From Candidatus Vogelbacteria bacterium (GTDB taxonomy: Bacteria > Patescibacteriota > Minisyncoccia > Phycocordibacterales > XYD1-FULL-46-19), in assembly GCA_021414225.1 (NCBI GenBank), contig JAIOOX010000002.1, positions 97,118 to 161,117 on the forward strand: a stretch of DNA of 64,000 bases, read 5' to 3'. Each line of letters starts with the position of its first letter. Within the stretch, counting starts at the first letter, position 1. Made by a program: the position numbers and the translations under genes. The notes beneath the pieces were generated by a model, which was given only the letters and a program-made list of their open reading frames with translations, was not told the DNA's origin and did not search any database. Shown in pieces: positions 1 through 9,463 of this stretch.

Positions 1-1974
1 ACCCATAGTCCCTGTCTGACAAATCGGACAAGTGATACCAGTATCACCGGCTTGTTCGGCGTTAGGGTCTTTTTTGATAAATTTACATTTTGGATAATTG
101 GCGCAGGCAATAAATTTTCCAAAACGGCCTTCGCGTTCGATCAAATTTCCCTTCTCGCATTTTGGGCAAAGTTCGCCAGTATCTTTTGGGCCTTCCAAGG
201 CTTTACCTTCCAAAGTGAGAGCGCCGTTACAATCAGGGAATTTAGCACAGCTATAAAACTTGCCATTCCTGGCTAGTTTTATAATCATCTCACCACCACA
301 GACAGGGCAGATCATATCGGCGGGCGCTGAGCCGAGATTAGTTATTTTTTCAATTTTCTTTTTACTTTTGATTGCTTGAGTAAAAGGTCCATAAAAATCT
401 TTTAAGGTTTTTACATAAGCTCGGTCACCACTAGCGATTTCGTCTAATTCATTTTCCATTTCTGCTGTGAAAGAGTCACTGATATATTCACCGAAATGTT
501 CTTCAAGAAAACCACTGACGGTCTCGCCGGTATCGGTTGGTTTGAGTGAGCGGCTTTCTTTTTCCACGTAACCACGAGTTAAAAGAGTGGAGATAATAGC
601 GGCATAAGTGGATGGGCGACCAATACCTCTTTTTTCTAATTCTTTGACCAAACCTGCTTCAGAAAAGCGAGTTGGCCCGGCAGTTTCTTTGCCTTCGCTG
701 TTTATCGATTCCAAATTTAATTTATCACCCACCGTCACTTTAGGTAGGTCAACATCTTCACCCCGCGCTCGCGGATCGGCTAACAACCAACCTGGAAAAA
801 TGACGCGCGAACCATTGGCTTGAAAGTTGGGTACTACTTGATCGCTAGCTTTTGCGATTAGAACGGTCTTTTTTACCTGAGCCTCTTTCATCTGGGATGC
901 GATAGTTCGAGCCCAAATCAATTCATATAATTTTTTCTCTTGAGGAGAGTTACCAACAGACCTTTTGTTGGCGTGAGTTGGTCGGACACCTTCGTGAGCT
1001 TCTTGAGCGTTTTTACTTTTGGTGGCATAGACTTGGCGCGCATGAAGGTCTGGGCCAAAAATATCTTTAACTACTGTTTCTATTTCGGCTAAAGCAACCG
1101 GTGACAAGTTGGTGCTATCTGTACGCATATAGGTGATGTGTCCTGCTTCGTATAATTTTTGCGCTAAACGCATAGTAATGGATGGAGAATAGCCGAGACG
1201 GGATGAAGCGGCTTGTTGGAGAGTTGAGGTGGTGAATGGGGCTCGGGCTTTGCGGACCGCGTCAGATTCTTTGAGTTCAGCCACTGTCCAAGTACTAGTC
1301 TCTGCCGCTTTGACTATTTTTTCGGCTTCTTCGGCGGTCTTTGGTTCAACCGAACAGACAAAAGGAATGAACTCTTTTTTAGCGGTCGACATTTCAGCAC
1401 TGATTACCCAATAGGCTTCCGGTATAAAAGCACGGATTTCTCGCTCGCGTTCGACTAAAATTCGAAGAGCTGGGGATTGAACTCGGCCGGCTGATAAGCC
1501 ATAACGCAGTTTGGTCCAGATCAAACCAGATAAATCGTAACCAAAGAGACGATCAAGAACTCGCCGAGCTTCTTGGGCTTGTTTCAAATTATCATCGATT
1601 TGGCGAGGGTGCTTGATCGCTTCTTGAACAGCTCCTTCGGTGATTTCGTGAAAAGCGACACGTTTCGGATTTTTTAGACCCAAGCTTTCGGCAATGTGCC
1701 AAGCGATAGCCTCACCTTCACGGTCGGGGTCTGTTGCTAAGATAACTTCAGTCGCTTTTTTCGCGAGTTGCTTTAACTCACTAACGACTTTTTCTTTGCC
1801 TTTTGAAATTTCGTAATGGGGAATAAAACCACCTTCAATATCGATGGCGTTCTTGTTTGATTTTGGTAAATCACGAATATGTCCGACAGAGGCTCGGACC
1901 GTGTATTCGTTATTTAAATATTTAGAAATTGTTTTCGCTTTAGCTGGCGACTCTACAATCAAAAGTTTTGACAT
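1..1974 (-). CDS. topA: DNA topoisomerase I (3' end runs off window start)
   Basis: Reverse-complement translation from ATG (complement of 1972-1974) gives MSKLLIVESPAKAKTISKYLNNEYTVRASVGHIRDLPKS..., the Toprim N-terminus of TopA. Near position 100-180 the minus strand encodes CPKCEKGNLIEREGRFGKFIAC, the TopA C-terminal zinc ribbon. The ORF-track plus-strand ORFs here are antisense artefacts. Confidence 0.9.
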   Translation of the reverse strand, partial: MSKLLIVESPAKAKTISKYLNNEYTVRASVGHIRDLPKSNKNAIDIEGGFIPHYEISKGKEKVVSELKQLAKKATEVILATDPDREGEAIAWHIAESLGLKNPKRVAFHEITEGAVQEAIKHPRQIDDNLKQAQEARRVLDRLFGYDLSGLIWTKLRYGLSAGRVQSPALRILVEREREIRAFIPEAYWVISAEMSTAKKEFIPFVCSVEPKTAEEAEKIVKAAETSTWTVAELKESDAVRKARAPFTTSTLQQAASSRLGYSPSITMRLAQKLYEAGHITYMRTDSTNLSPVALAEIETVVKDIFGPDLHARQVYATKSKNAQEAHEGVRPTHANKRSVGNSPQEKKLYELIWARTIASQMKEAQVKKTVLIAKASDQVVPNFQANGSRVIFPGWLLADPRARGEDVDLPKVTVGDKLNLESINSEGKETAGPTRFSEAGLVKELEKRGIGRPSTYAAIISTLLTRGYVEKESRSLKPTDTGETVSGFLEEHFGEYISDSFTAEMENELDEIASGDRAYVKTLKDFYGPFTQAIKSKKKIEKITNLGSAPADMICPVCGGEMIIKLARNGKFYSCAKFPDCNGALTLEGKALEGPKDTGELCPKCEKGNLIEREGRFGKFIACANYPKCKFIKKDPNAEQAGDTGITCPICQTGTMG

Positions 1975-2128
1975 TGTGTCATAAGTAATACTACAGATAT
2001 TTTTATCTGGCAAATAATTACGTGAGTAATACCAGAAAAGGGTACGGATTTTTTGAAGCTTAAAAAATCCTGAAGTTGCCTCGTCGCCACTTGGCAAACC
2101 CCCTTTTCTGGTATTACTCACTCCAGGC

Positions 2129-2998
2129 TCATAAAAGTCTGAATTCGCCGCCGACTTCTTTGATAAGCCCTTTGATTTCCATGATCGATAAGGTGCTATT
2201 TATTGTTTGAATATCAAAATCAAGTTGGTCAATCAGAAGATCTCGTGGCAGAGTTTCCTGAGCTAATAATTCACAGATCATTTTTTCGGGGTCGGACAGA
2301 GAATCAAATAAAGTGGGGTTCATTTTTGTTTCTTCGGTCGTCTGGTCAAAGCCGAAGATTGATAAAATGTCAGCACTGGAAGTAATAGGTGTAGCCCCGT
2401 CACGAATCAATCGGTTTGGTCCACTTGAACCTTGATTGAAGATCGAGCCTGGGACCGCCAAGACTTCGCGATTGTAGTCGAGAGCCATCCGGGCGGTGAT
2501 CAAAGTACCAGACTTATCAGAGGCTTCTATTATTAGAGTGGCTTTAGCTAATCCGGCCATCAAGCGGTTGCGTTGAGGAAAGGTATAAGGGGCGCCACGC
2601 AGAAGAGGGTCAAATTCGGAGATCAGAGCACCACCCGCCTCGACTATTTTTCTGGCTAGTCTGAGGTTAGTATGTGGATATAAAACTTTTTCATCTAGGC
2701 CAGAACCAGGGAAGGCGATGGTGGTTAGATTGTTGGCTAAAGCAGCTTCGTGGGCTAGGCTATCGATCCCTAAAGCCAGGCCGGAGACAATAATAATAGG
2801 ATAACCAGCTAAACCGCTGATTAAGTGTCCGCAAACTTCCTGGCCATAACGGGAAAATTTGCGAGAACCGACGACGGTCAGAAAATTGGCGTCCCAATCT
2901 GGTAAGGTGCCTTGATAATATAGTTCTTTCGGGGGTTGGGGGATGTGGTCGAATTGGGGTGGCCAGCTAGCACGAATAAGAGGCTTGATAGGGCTCAT
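2129..2998 (-). CDS. dprA: DNA processing protein DprA/Smf
   Basis: 289-aa ORF with a DprA Rossmann-like core (VVGSRKFSRYG...GLALGIDSLAHEAAL...AVPGSIFN). It sits immediately upstream of and co-directional with topA, the classic dprA-topA arrangement. Confidence 0.85.
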   Translation of the reverse strand: MSPIKPLIRASWPPQFDHIPQPPKELYYQGTLPDWDANFLTVVGSRKFSRYGQEVCGHLISGLAGYPIIIVSGLALGIDSLAHEAALANNLTTIAFPGSGLDEKVLYPHTNLRLARKIVEAGGALISEFDPLLRGAPYTFPQRNRLMAGLAKATLIIEASDKSGTLITARMALDYNREVLAVPGSIFNQGSSGPNRLIRDGATPITSSADILSIFGFDQTTEETKMNPTLFDSLSDPEKMICELLAQETLPRDLLIDQLDFDIQTINSTLSIMEIKGLIKEVGGEFRLL

Positions 2999-3110
2999 AC
3001 TTAGATTATTGTTGCATATTATCCATAGGTGTGCTATAGTGACATATAGAAGTTGGGGAGAAGTAGCACCAAGGGGGTGTTTTTTTATTCCCTATTAAGG
3101 AGATCTTAAG

Positions 3111-3320
3111 TTGGAGATTGAGCGGGCGTTGAGAAGTGGTAAAGGGGTAACCCTTGGAGAGGCGGTCCAGATATGGGAAAGAGAAGGTCGTCCGACAAAT
3201 TTTAATCTCGTTGAAGGACAGGATGGATATGACGATCGTCACCTGAAAGGGGATGTTGGCCGTCGGCACCATCGGCAACAACAGCCTCGACAGAGTTTTG
3301 CTGGCGGTGGTCGGCGGTAG
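3111..3320 (+). CDS. hypothetical small protein (69 aa, TTG start)
   Basis: An AAGGAG Shine-Dalgarno at 3097-3102 lies 8 nt before the TTG. The ORF ends in a Gly/Arg-rich tail (GGGRR) and is followed by a hairpin plus T-tract at 3343-3380. Local GC is higher than the flanks. It could instead be non-coding. Confidence 0.3.
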   Translation: MEIERALRSGKGVTLGEAVQIWEREGRPTNFNLVEGQDGYDDRHLKGDVGRRHHRQQQPRQSFAGGGRR

Positions 3321-3342
3321 TCCTTGGGGAAGGACAAATACA

Positions 3343-3380
3343 GGGCCCATGCGTTCGCGCGTGTGGCCCGCTTTTTTTTA
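3343..3380 (+). terminator. rho-independent terminator-like hairpin
   Basis: GGGCCCA...TGGCCC stem followed by a run of eight T, just upstream of the serS promoter region. Confidence 0.5.
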
Positions 3381-3407
3381 AGATAACTTTCTGTTATTCT
3401 ATTTATT

Positions 3408-4670
3408 ATGTTGGACATCAAATTCATCCGAGAAAATAGTGAGTTGGTAGCAGAAGCGGCTCGCAAGAAGCGGATTACTTTTGATGTGAAAGAATTGCTA
3501 ACTGCTGATGATGTTCGCTTGGCTCTTTTGTTGGAAGTGGAAACAATGCGGGCCAAACAAAATACAGTTTCCGATGAAGTAGCCAAAACTCAGGACCCAG
3601 TTAAACGGAATGAATTAATTGCTGAGATGAAGGCACTGAAAGAAACTTTGCAAATAAAAGAAGGGGAATTAAAAGAAGTAATGATAGCTTGGCAAAAACT
3701 AATGGTCCAAGTGCCAAACCTACCGGATGCGACAGTGCCCGAAGGTGAGAGTGATGCTGATAATCAAGAGATTCGGACTTGGGGTGAAAAAACTAGTTTT
3801 GCTTTTCAAGCCAAAAGTCATGTGGAGATCATGGAAGCTCTTGATATGGCGGATTTTGCTAAGGGGGTAGAGGTGTCTGGCTTCCGGGGGTACTTTTTAA
3901 AGAATGGTGGAGCGGAGTTGTCGTTTGCGATTTGGCAGTACGCCAAAGATTTTTGGTTAAAGCGCGGTTTTCAATTTATGATCGTGCCGTCCTTGGTTCG
4001 TAAACAAACTTTGCTAGGTAGTGGTTATTTACCACAAGGGGAAGATGATTTATATAAAACTCAAGATGAAGATTATTTAGCTGGTACTGGTGAAGTGGGA
4101 GCGATGAGTTATTTTGCTGATACAGTTATAGAAAAAAGTAAATTTCCAATCAAGGTGCTGGCTTTCTCTACTTGTTTTAGACGAGAAGCGGGGAGTCATA
4201 GTAAAGATGTAAAAGGTTTAATTCGAGTTCATGAATTTTTCAAACTAGAACAAATTGTTTTATGTGAAGCCAGTCATGCAGAAAGTGTTAAATACCACGA
4301 AGAGATCAATAACAATACTGAAGAATTTATTCAGTCGCTCGGTATCCCGTATCACACTGTAGCCAACTGTGGCGGCGATCTCGGTCTTGGTCAGGTCAAA
4401 AAATATGATATCGAATTGTGGGTGCCTGGGGAACAGACTTATCGCGAGATTAGTTCCGCATCTTATTTCCATGACTTTCAAACCCGTCGTTTAAATATTC
4501 GTTATCGGGATTATGAAAATAAACTAAAATTTGCCCACTCTCTAAACTGTACCGCTATCCCCACCCCTCGTATCCTGGTGTCGCTAGTAGAAAATTTTCA
4601 ACAAGCTGACGGTTCTATTATCGTGCCGGAAGTTCTTAGACCATATTTAGGTCGCGAGGTAATCAAATAA
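3408..4670 (+). CDS. serS: seryl-tRNA synthetase
   Basis: 420 aa. It has an N-terminal coiled-coil arm followed by a class II aaRS core (GYLPQGEDDLYKT, FRRE, GLIRVHEFFKLEQ, GDLGLGQVKKYDIELWVPG). Confidence 0.9.
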   Translation: MLDIKFIRENSELVAEAARKKRITFDVKELLTADDVRLALLLEVETMRAKQNTVSDEVAKTQDPVKRNELIAEMKALKETLQIKEGELKEVMIAWQKLMVQVPNLPDATVPEGESDADNQEIRTWGEKTSFAFQAKSHVEIMEALDMADFAKGVEVSGFRGYFLKNGGAELSFAIWQYAKDFWLKRGFQFMIVPSLVRKQTLLGSGYLPQGEDDLYKTQDEDYLAGTGEVGAMSYFADTVIEKSKFPIKVLAFSTCFRREAGSHSKDVKGLIRVHEFFKLEQIVLCEASHAESVKYHEEINNNTEEFIQSLGIPYHTVANCGGDLGLGQVKKYDIELWVPGEQTYREISSASYFHDFQTRRLNIRYRDYENKLKFAHSLNCTAIPTPRILVSLVENFQQADGSIIVPEVLRPYLGREVIK

Positions 4671-4675
4671 ATTTT

Positions 4676-5560
4676 ATGGGGAAACCCGTTGACGCTCGGA
4701 AGGAACTGTTTAAGGAGTCCAAGAAACGCTCACTTCGTCGGCGGAAGATTTTACTGTCTTTGTTTATAGGGTTGGTGGTGGTTTTTTTGATCGGTTTTGT
4801 GTTGGTGTTGCGATTAAATATTTTTATAATTCAGGAAATAAATATCGTTGGTAATAAGGTTGTCAAAACTGAATCTCTGATGTCTTTGACTGAAAAAAGA
4901 CTAGCTGGTAATTATCTGTTTGTTATTCCTAAAAATAATAATTTCTTGTTCAGTCCTTTTTATTTAGGTCAGAATATTATTAAAAATTTTCCTGATATTG
5001 AAAATGTGACTGTTCAGCGGGAGGGTTTTACTAAGTTGGAAGTTAAAGTTTCAGAACGTTCGCCAAAGCTGCTCTGGTGTTTATCGGCAGTGGAGGGTGA
5101 TGAGTGTTTTTACGCTGATAAAACTGGATTTTTGTTTGCTCCAGCCCCAAACTTTTCTGACAATATTTTGTTTAAAGTTTATGGCTTGATTGATTCCGAT
5201 CCGATTGGGGGCAGACCTTTATCGGCTGAGAGGTTTTCTGGCTTGCTGTCTATTATTGATTCTTTGCCTGGTTTAGTAAAAAGTGCTGGTATCACTCCCG
5301 CCGTCCCTCGACGTTTAACTATTGATCGAGCTGGGGACTGCCGAGTACTAATTAGTGGATCAAACACTACCGCTTCTTCGACGACGGCCGGTACTTGGAC
5401 GATTGTTTTTAATCAAACTCAAGACTTACCAACCTTGGCTAGTAACTTAAATACAGTTTTTGCTACTCCAGAATTTCAAGCTGATTTAATTTCAGCCGAT
5501 CATCAATTAGATTATATTGATTTGCGATTTGGTAAAAAAGTGTTCTACAAGTTTAAATAG
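4676..5560 (+). CDS. cell division protein FtsQ/DivIB-like (N-terminal TM plus POTRA-like)
   Basis: Basic N-terminus, a single TM helix (LLSLFIGLVVVFLIGFVLVL), then an IQEINIVGNKVV POTRA-like motif typical of FtsQ. The assignment rests on architecture. Confidence 0.5.
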   Translation: MGKPVDARKELFKESKKRSLRRRKILLSLFIGLVVVFLIGFVLVLRLNIFIIQEINIVGNKVVKTESLMSLTEKRLAGNYLFVIPKNNNFLFSPFYLGQNIIKNFPDIENVTVQREGFTKLEVKVSERSPKLLWCLSAVEGDECFYADKTGFLFAPAPNFSDNILFKVYGLIDSDPIGGRPLSAERFSGLLSIIDSLPGLVKSAGITPAVPRRLTIDRAGDCRVLISGSNTTASSTTAGTWTIVFNQTQDLPTLASNLNTVFATPEFQADLISADHQLDYIDLRFGKKVFYKFK

Positions 5561-5965
5561 TTGTATACTAGAGTTATGAATTTGGTGACTTTCTCGATTG
5601 CTTATATGGAGTGGCATTATACTCGAGCGATTCGTAATCTATTAGCTGCTATTTCTAATGTTTTAACTTTTTTGCTTAACTTTTTTTCTATTCCGATTTT
5701 GGCGGGAACTTTATTTACTCCTTGGCGCCGACTAGGCGAGGAACGTAAAGAAGGTTTTGATTTGGAAGACTTTGCTACTGTCGTTATTGTTAATACTTTA
5801 ATGAGAGTGGTGGGATTTGTGATTAGGTTTATTACCATCACGGTTGGCTTGGTGGTTCTGACCTCGGCCTTATTGGTCAGTGGATTGCTGGTGGTGTTGT
5901 GGTTATTGTGGCCGTTGCTGATTTTTATTTTATTCGTTAATGGTTTGTATTTTATTTTACGCTAA
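5561..5965 (+). CDS. hypothetical membrane protein
   Basis: 134-aa ORF with 3 predicted hydrophobic helices, abutting the neighbouring genes. Confidence 0.4.
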   Translation: MYTRVMNLVTFSIAYMEWHYTRAIRNLLAAISNVLTFLLNFFSIPILAGTLFTPWRRLGEERKEGFDLEDFATVVIVNTLMRVVGFVIRFITITVGLVVLTSALLVSGLLVVLWLLWPLLIFILFVNGLYFILR

Positions 5966-8468
5966 CTCCATGTATCCACTTCGTCGTTATACCAAACTAA
6001 GTCCGTGGCGCTCTGTCTTAACCCTGGAAACTTATTTACCACACCGGGTTAGACATTGGATTATCAACGCGACTGTCGGGGTCGGGGTGTTGGGTAGCTT
6101 GGCGGTTGTTCTACGTTTTGGTTTATCGCGGCTGTCTTTAACGGTTCCACTTGATCCTACTTTTTTGAAAGTTTTAGATCTATTTTTATCTAGCCAATTT
6201 ATTGGTCTACTGTTTGTTTTGATTTCCGTGGCGATGTTTTGTGTGAGCTTGGAGTCTTTTTTCCGATCACATTACTTTGATGATATTAGTGGTAAGGCCA
6301 CGCTGGCTAGTACCTTATTTTCCTTTGAAGTAGCTTGGGTTTTACACTGGTCTCGATCGATGGATCCCTTGGTAGCTTTTTTAACTTCAATTTATGGGCG
6401 GAAGATTATGCGCCGGTTGGGCATTACTGAGGATCAGATCAATATTTTTGTTGAAAAATTAGTTAATAATCCAGAGGCTTTTACTGTGCCAGAGTTACCG
6501 ATTGATAAGACTGATGAGATTACTTTGCCGGAATTTGTTACCTTGTTGACCTCTGTTTATCCAACCTTCGTTACTTTCTTAGCGGAAAATGGTGTTCAAC
6601 CAGTCGAAGCTACGGGAGCGGCTGATTGGGTAGTGTGGAAGCAAGAAGTGGTTGATCGTAAAGAACGCTGGTGGAGTAAAGAAAACTTGGATCAGATACC
6701 TAGTGTCGGTGCCTCGTGGGGTTACGGTTATACTTTTTTGTTAGACAAATACAGTCGAGATTTATTTGACGACCCTGCTTTATATTTAGAAAGATTTAAG
6801 ATTGGTAGTCGGGAACGAGAGGTGAGGTTGTTGGAGACAGTTTTATCTAGGCAGTTGGAGGCTAATGCGATCTTGGTGGCGGAGACTGGTGGGACCAAGA
6901 TGGATGTTATTTACGAATTGGTCTCTAAGATCAGAGAGGGTAATGTGGTGCCAGAACTCAAATACAAACGGCCAATTTTATTTCAAACGGGAGTCTTTTT
7001 GGCGGGTTTTAAAGATAAAGCTAGTTTTGAAACAGCTTTCTTATCTTTGTTTAATCAAGTGGTCAAAGCGGGTAATATTTTATTTGTGATTGATGATTTG
7101 CCAAACCTGGTAAAAGGGGCGATGGCTCTAGAATCTAATTTGACCGCTTTGTTGGATCCTTATTTGGCTTCCTCTTTGACTCAAGTAATTGCTTTGGCTG
7201 ATACCGATGCTTTTTATCAAGTGATAAATCCTCAACCGGGTCTACTTAATCGGTTTGAAAAAATCCAAGTAGAGGATCTGTCTTATGATGAGTTGGTGCG
7301 AATGTTGGAAATTAAATTGTTGGATTTTGAATACGCTTCTGGGGTAAGAATCACCTATCCCGCTCTGACAGCCATTATTGAAAGTGCGGAAAATTATTTT
7401 CAAGATGGTGGTTTGCAGGACAAGGCGGTTGATTTGTTGGTGGAGATTATTTCTGCTTACGGTTCTCGTTTGGATGCTGATATTACCAAAAAAGATGTTT
7501 ATGCTTATATCAAATCTAAAACCAACGTTCCAATTGGCGAGATTGAAGAAATAGAAAAAGATAAATTACTCAATCTAGAAGCTTTCTTGGGGGCAAGAGT
7601 GGTTGGTCAAACAGAGGCAGTCTCAGTGGTGTCCAATGCGATGCGTCGGGCTCGAACCGCTATTCGTAATCCTAAAAAACCGATCGGTTCCTTTTTGTTT
7701 TTGGGTCCAACGGGAGTGGGTAAAACCGAAACAGCTAAAGCTTTAGCGGAAGCTTTCTTTGGCTCCGACGAAGCGATGAATCGGCTAGATATGTCCGAGT
7801 ACCAAGGAGAGGGAGCTTTAGAGAAATTGATTGGCTCATTTACGGATAATAAACCAGGTGTTCTTTCTACGATGATGCGAGAACGACCATATGGTGTGCT
7901 TTTGTTGGATGAATTCGAAAAGACCACTGACGAAGTTCATAACCTCTTTTTGCAAGTGTTAGACGAAGGTTTCTTCTCTGACATGTTGGGTAAACGAATT
8001 AATATTCGTAATACGATTGTGATCGCTACTTCCAATGCCGGTTCAGATTTTATTTGGACCTTGTCTGAGCAGGGAAAAAATTTAGTCGAGGCTCAAGATG
8101 AATTGGTTAACCAGATTATTAAGGGTGGTATTTATAAACCAGAGTTGATCAACCGTTTCGATGGGGTTGTTATCTTCCATCCACTGTTGCCAGACGAGTT
8201 AAACAAGATTGCTGGTTTGATGTTGAAAAAATTAGTTAAAAGGTTGTCTACTCAGGGAGTAGAATTACAACTAACACCAGAATTAATTTCGTTTGTGGCT
8301 AATCAAGGGGCCAATAAAGCTTTCGGCGCTCGACCAATGCAACGCTTTATTCAAGATAATGTCGAACAAGTGGTGGCTCAAAAGCTGATTGCTGGCACTG
8401 TCGGTCGTGGTTCTAAAATTTCTATTTCTCCAGATGCGACTGGGGTGCTCAATGTTTTGGTTGGTTAA
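5940..8468 (+). CDS. ClpB/ClpC-family AAA+ ATPase with a multi-TM N-terminal domain and a degenerate D1
   Basis: The C-terminal half has an intact Clp D2 module: VVGQTEAVSVVSNAMRRARTAIRNPKKPIGSFLFLGPTGVGKTETAKALAE, LLLDEFEKTTDEVHNLFLQVLDEGFFSD, IVIATSNAGS and the D2 small domain. The middle segment aligns to a ClpB D1 but reads ETGGTKM where EPGVGKT is expected, and IDDL in place of the IDE(L/I)H Walker B. The first ~250 aa contain several hydrophobic helices. The start may be at the ATG at 5970, because 5940 overlaps the upstream ORF. Confidence 0.75.
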   Translation: MVCILFYANSMYPLRRYTKLSPWRSVLTLETYLPHRVRHWIINATVGVGVLGSLAVVLRFGLSRLSLTVPLDPTFLKVLDLFLSSQFIGLLFVLISVAMFCVSLESFFRSHYFDDISGKATLASTLFSFEVAWVLHWSRSMDPLVAFLTSIYGRKIMRRLGITEDQINIFVEKLVNNPEAFTVPELPIDKTDEITLPEFVTLLTSVYPTFVTFLAENGVQPVEATGAADWVVWKQEVVDRKERWWSKENLDQIPSVGASWGYGYTFLLDKYSRDLFDDPALYLERFKIGSREREVRLLETVLSRQLEANAILVAETGGTKMDVIYELVSKIREGNVVPELKYKRPILFQTGVFLAGFKDKASFETAFLSLFNQVVKAGNILFVIDDLPNLVKGAMALESNLTALLDPYLASSLTQVIALADTDAFYQVINPQPGLLNRFEKIQVEDLSYDELVRMLEIKLLDFEYASGVRITYPALTAIIESAENYFQDGGLQDKAVDLLVEIISAYGSRLDADITKKDVYAYIKSKTNVPIGEIEEIEKDKLLNLEAFLGARVVGQTEAVSVVSNAMRRARTAIRNPKKPIGSFLFLGPTGVGKTETAKALAEAFFGSDEAMNRLDMSEYQGEGALEKLIGSFTDNKPGVLSTMMRERPYGVLLLDEFEKTTDEVHNLFLQVLDEGFFSDMLGKRINIRNTIVIATSNAGSDFIWTLSEQGKNLVEAQDELVNQIIKGGIYKPELINRFDGVVIFHPLLPDELNKIAGLMLKKLVKRLSTQGVELQLTPELISFVANQGANKAFGARPMQRFIQDNVEQVVAQKLIAGTVGRGSKISISPDATGVLNVLVG

Positions 8469-8473
8469 ATAAT

Positions 8474-9460
8474 ATGAAATATTTTTATTTGATTGCTCTG
8501 GTTGTCTTTGTGGCCTTTTCTCTTTTGGCTATTCCTTTTTTTATTCCTCAAGCACCTGGCTTTATAGAGAACTTATCCTGGGAAAATGGTTTTGTGCCAA
8601 CAGAGCCCGAGGTTTCCTTGGTTTTTGTCGGTGACATGATGCTTGACCGAGGGGTGAATTTTTCTGTTCAGAAAAACTTTGGTGGTGATTTTAATCAATT
8701 GTTTACTGAACTAGATTTTATTCGAGAAGCGGATATTGCTTTTGGTAACCTAGAGGGACCAGTCAGTGATAAGGGTCGTAATATTGGCAGTATTTATTCT
8801 TTTCGGATGAAACCAGAATCATTGCAAGCTGTGGCCGCGGCTGGTTTTGATGTGTTGTCAGTGGCCAATAATCACGCGGGTGATTGGACTAGTGAAGCGT
8901 TTGTTGATACGGTCGCTCGAATTAAAAATTTAAATATCTTGCCGATTGGTGGTGGAAATAATTATCAAGAGGCTAGTTTGGTGAAGATAAAAGAGGTGAG
9001 AGGGGTGAAGGTTGGCTTTATTGGTTTCTCAGACGTCGGTCCCAACTGGTTAGCCGTCGGTAGTTCTAGTCCGGGTATCTTGTTGGCTTCCGATCCTCAA
9101 TTTGATCAGATTATCAAAACCGCGGCCGAATCTGTGGATGTTCTAGTCACCTCCTTTCATTTTGGTGAAGAATATCTGGCCACTTCAACCAGTAGACAAC
9201 AAGTTTTAGCTCGACGGGCGATTGATAACGGGGCTAGTTTGGTGATTGGTCACCACCCACATGTGATTGAAGAATTAGAGCGTTATAAAAATGGGGTGAT
9301 TATTTATAGTTTAGGTAATTTTATTTTTGATCAAGGTTTTTCTAAAGAAACCATGGAAGGGGGAGTTTTGTTTGTAAAATTAGATGGCAAAAAAATAGAA
9401 TCAGCTGAACTCAAAAAGGTAAAATTAGATTCTCGTTTCAAACCTTCACCAGCTTGGTAA
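8474..9460 (+). CDS. CapA/PgsA-family poly-gamma-glutamate synthesis/metallophosphatase protein
   Basis: N-terminal TM, then CapA-like motifs (VFVGDMMLDRG, GNLEGP, ANNHAGDW, GHHPHVIEE). Confidence 0.7.
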   Translation: MKYFYLIALVVFVAFSLLAIPFFIPQAPGFIENLSWENGFVPTEPEVSLVFVGDMMLDRGVNFSVQKNFGGDFNQLFTELDFIREADIAFGNLEGPVSDKGRNIGSIYSFRMKPESLQAVAAAGFDVLSVANNHAGDWTSEAFVDTVARIKNLNILPIGGGNNYQEASLVKIKEVRGVKVGFIGFSDVGPNWLAVGSSSPGILLASDPQFDQIIKTAAESVDVLVTSFHFGEEYLATSTSRQQVLARRAIDNGASLVIGHHPHVIEELERYKNGVIIYSLGNFIFDQGFSKETMEGGVLFVKLDGKKIESAELKKVKLDSRFKPSPAW

Positions 9461-9463
9461 ATT

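Noticed and set aside
52-1414. Plus-strand ORF-track ORFs (52..276, 608..823, 1229..1414) at the window start
   Set aside because: They are antisense to the clearly identifiable topA on the minus strand (Toprim N-terminus, zinc-ribbon C-terminus) and have no RBS.
3006-3586. Minus-strand ORFs 3006..3350 and 3239..3586
   Set aside because: They overlap the serS start and leader, and have neither RBS nor recognisable motifs.
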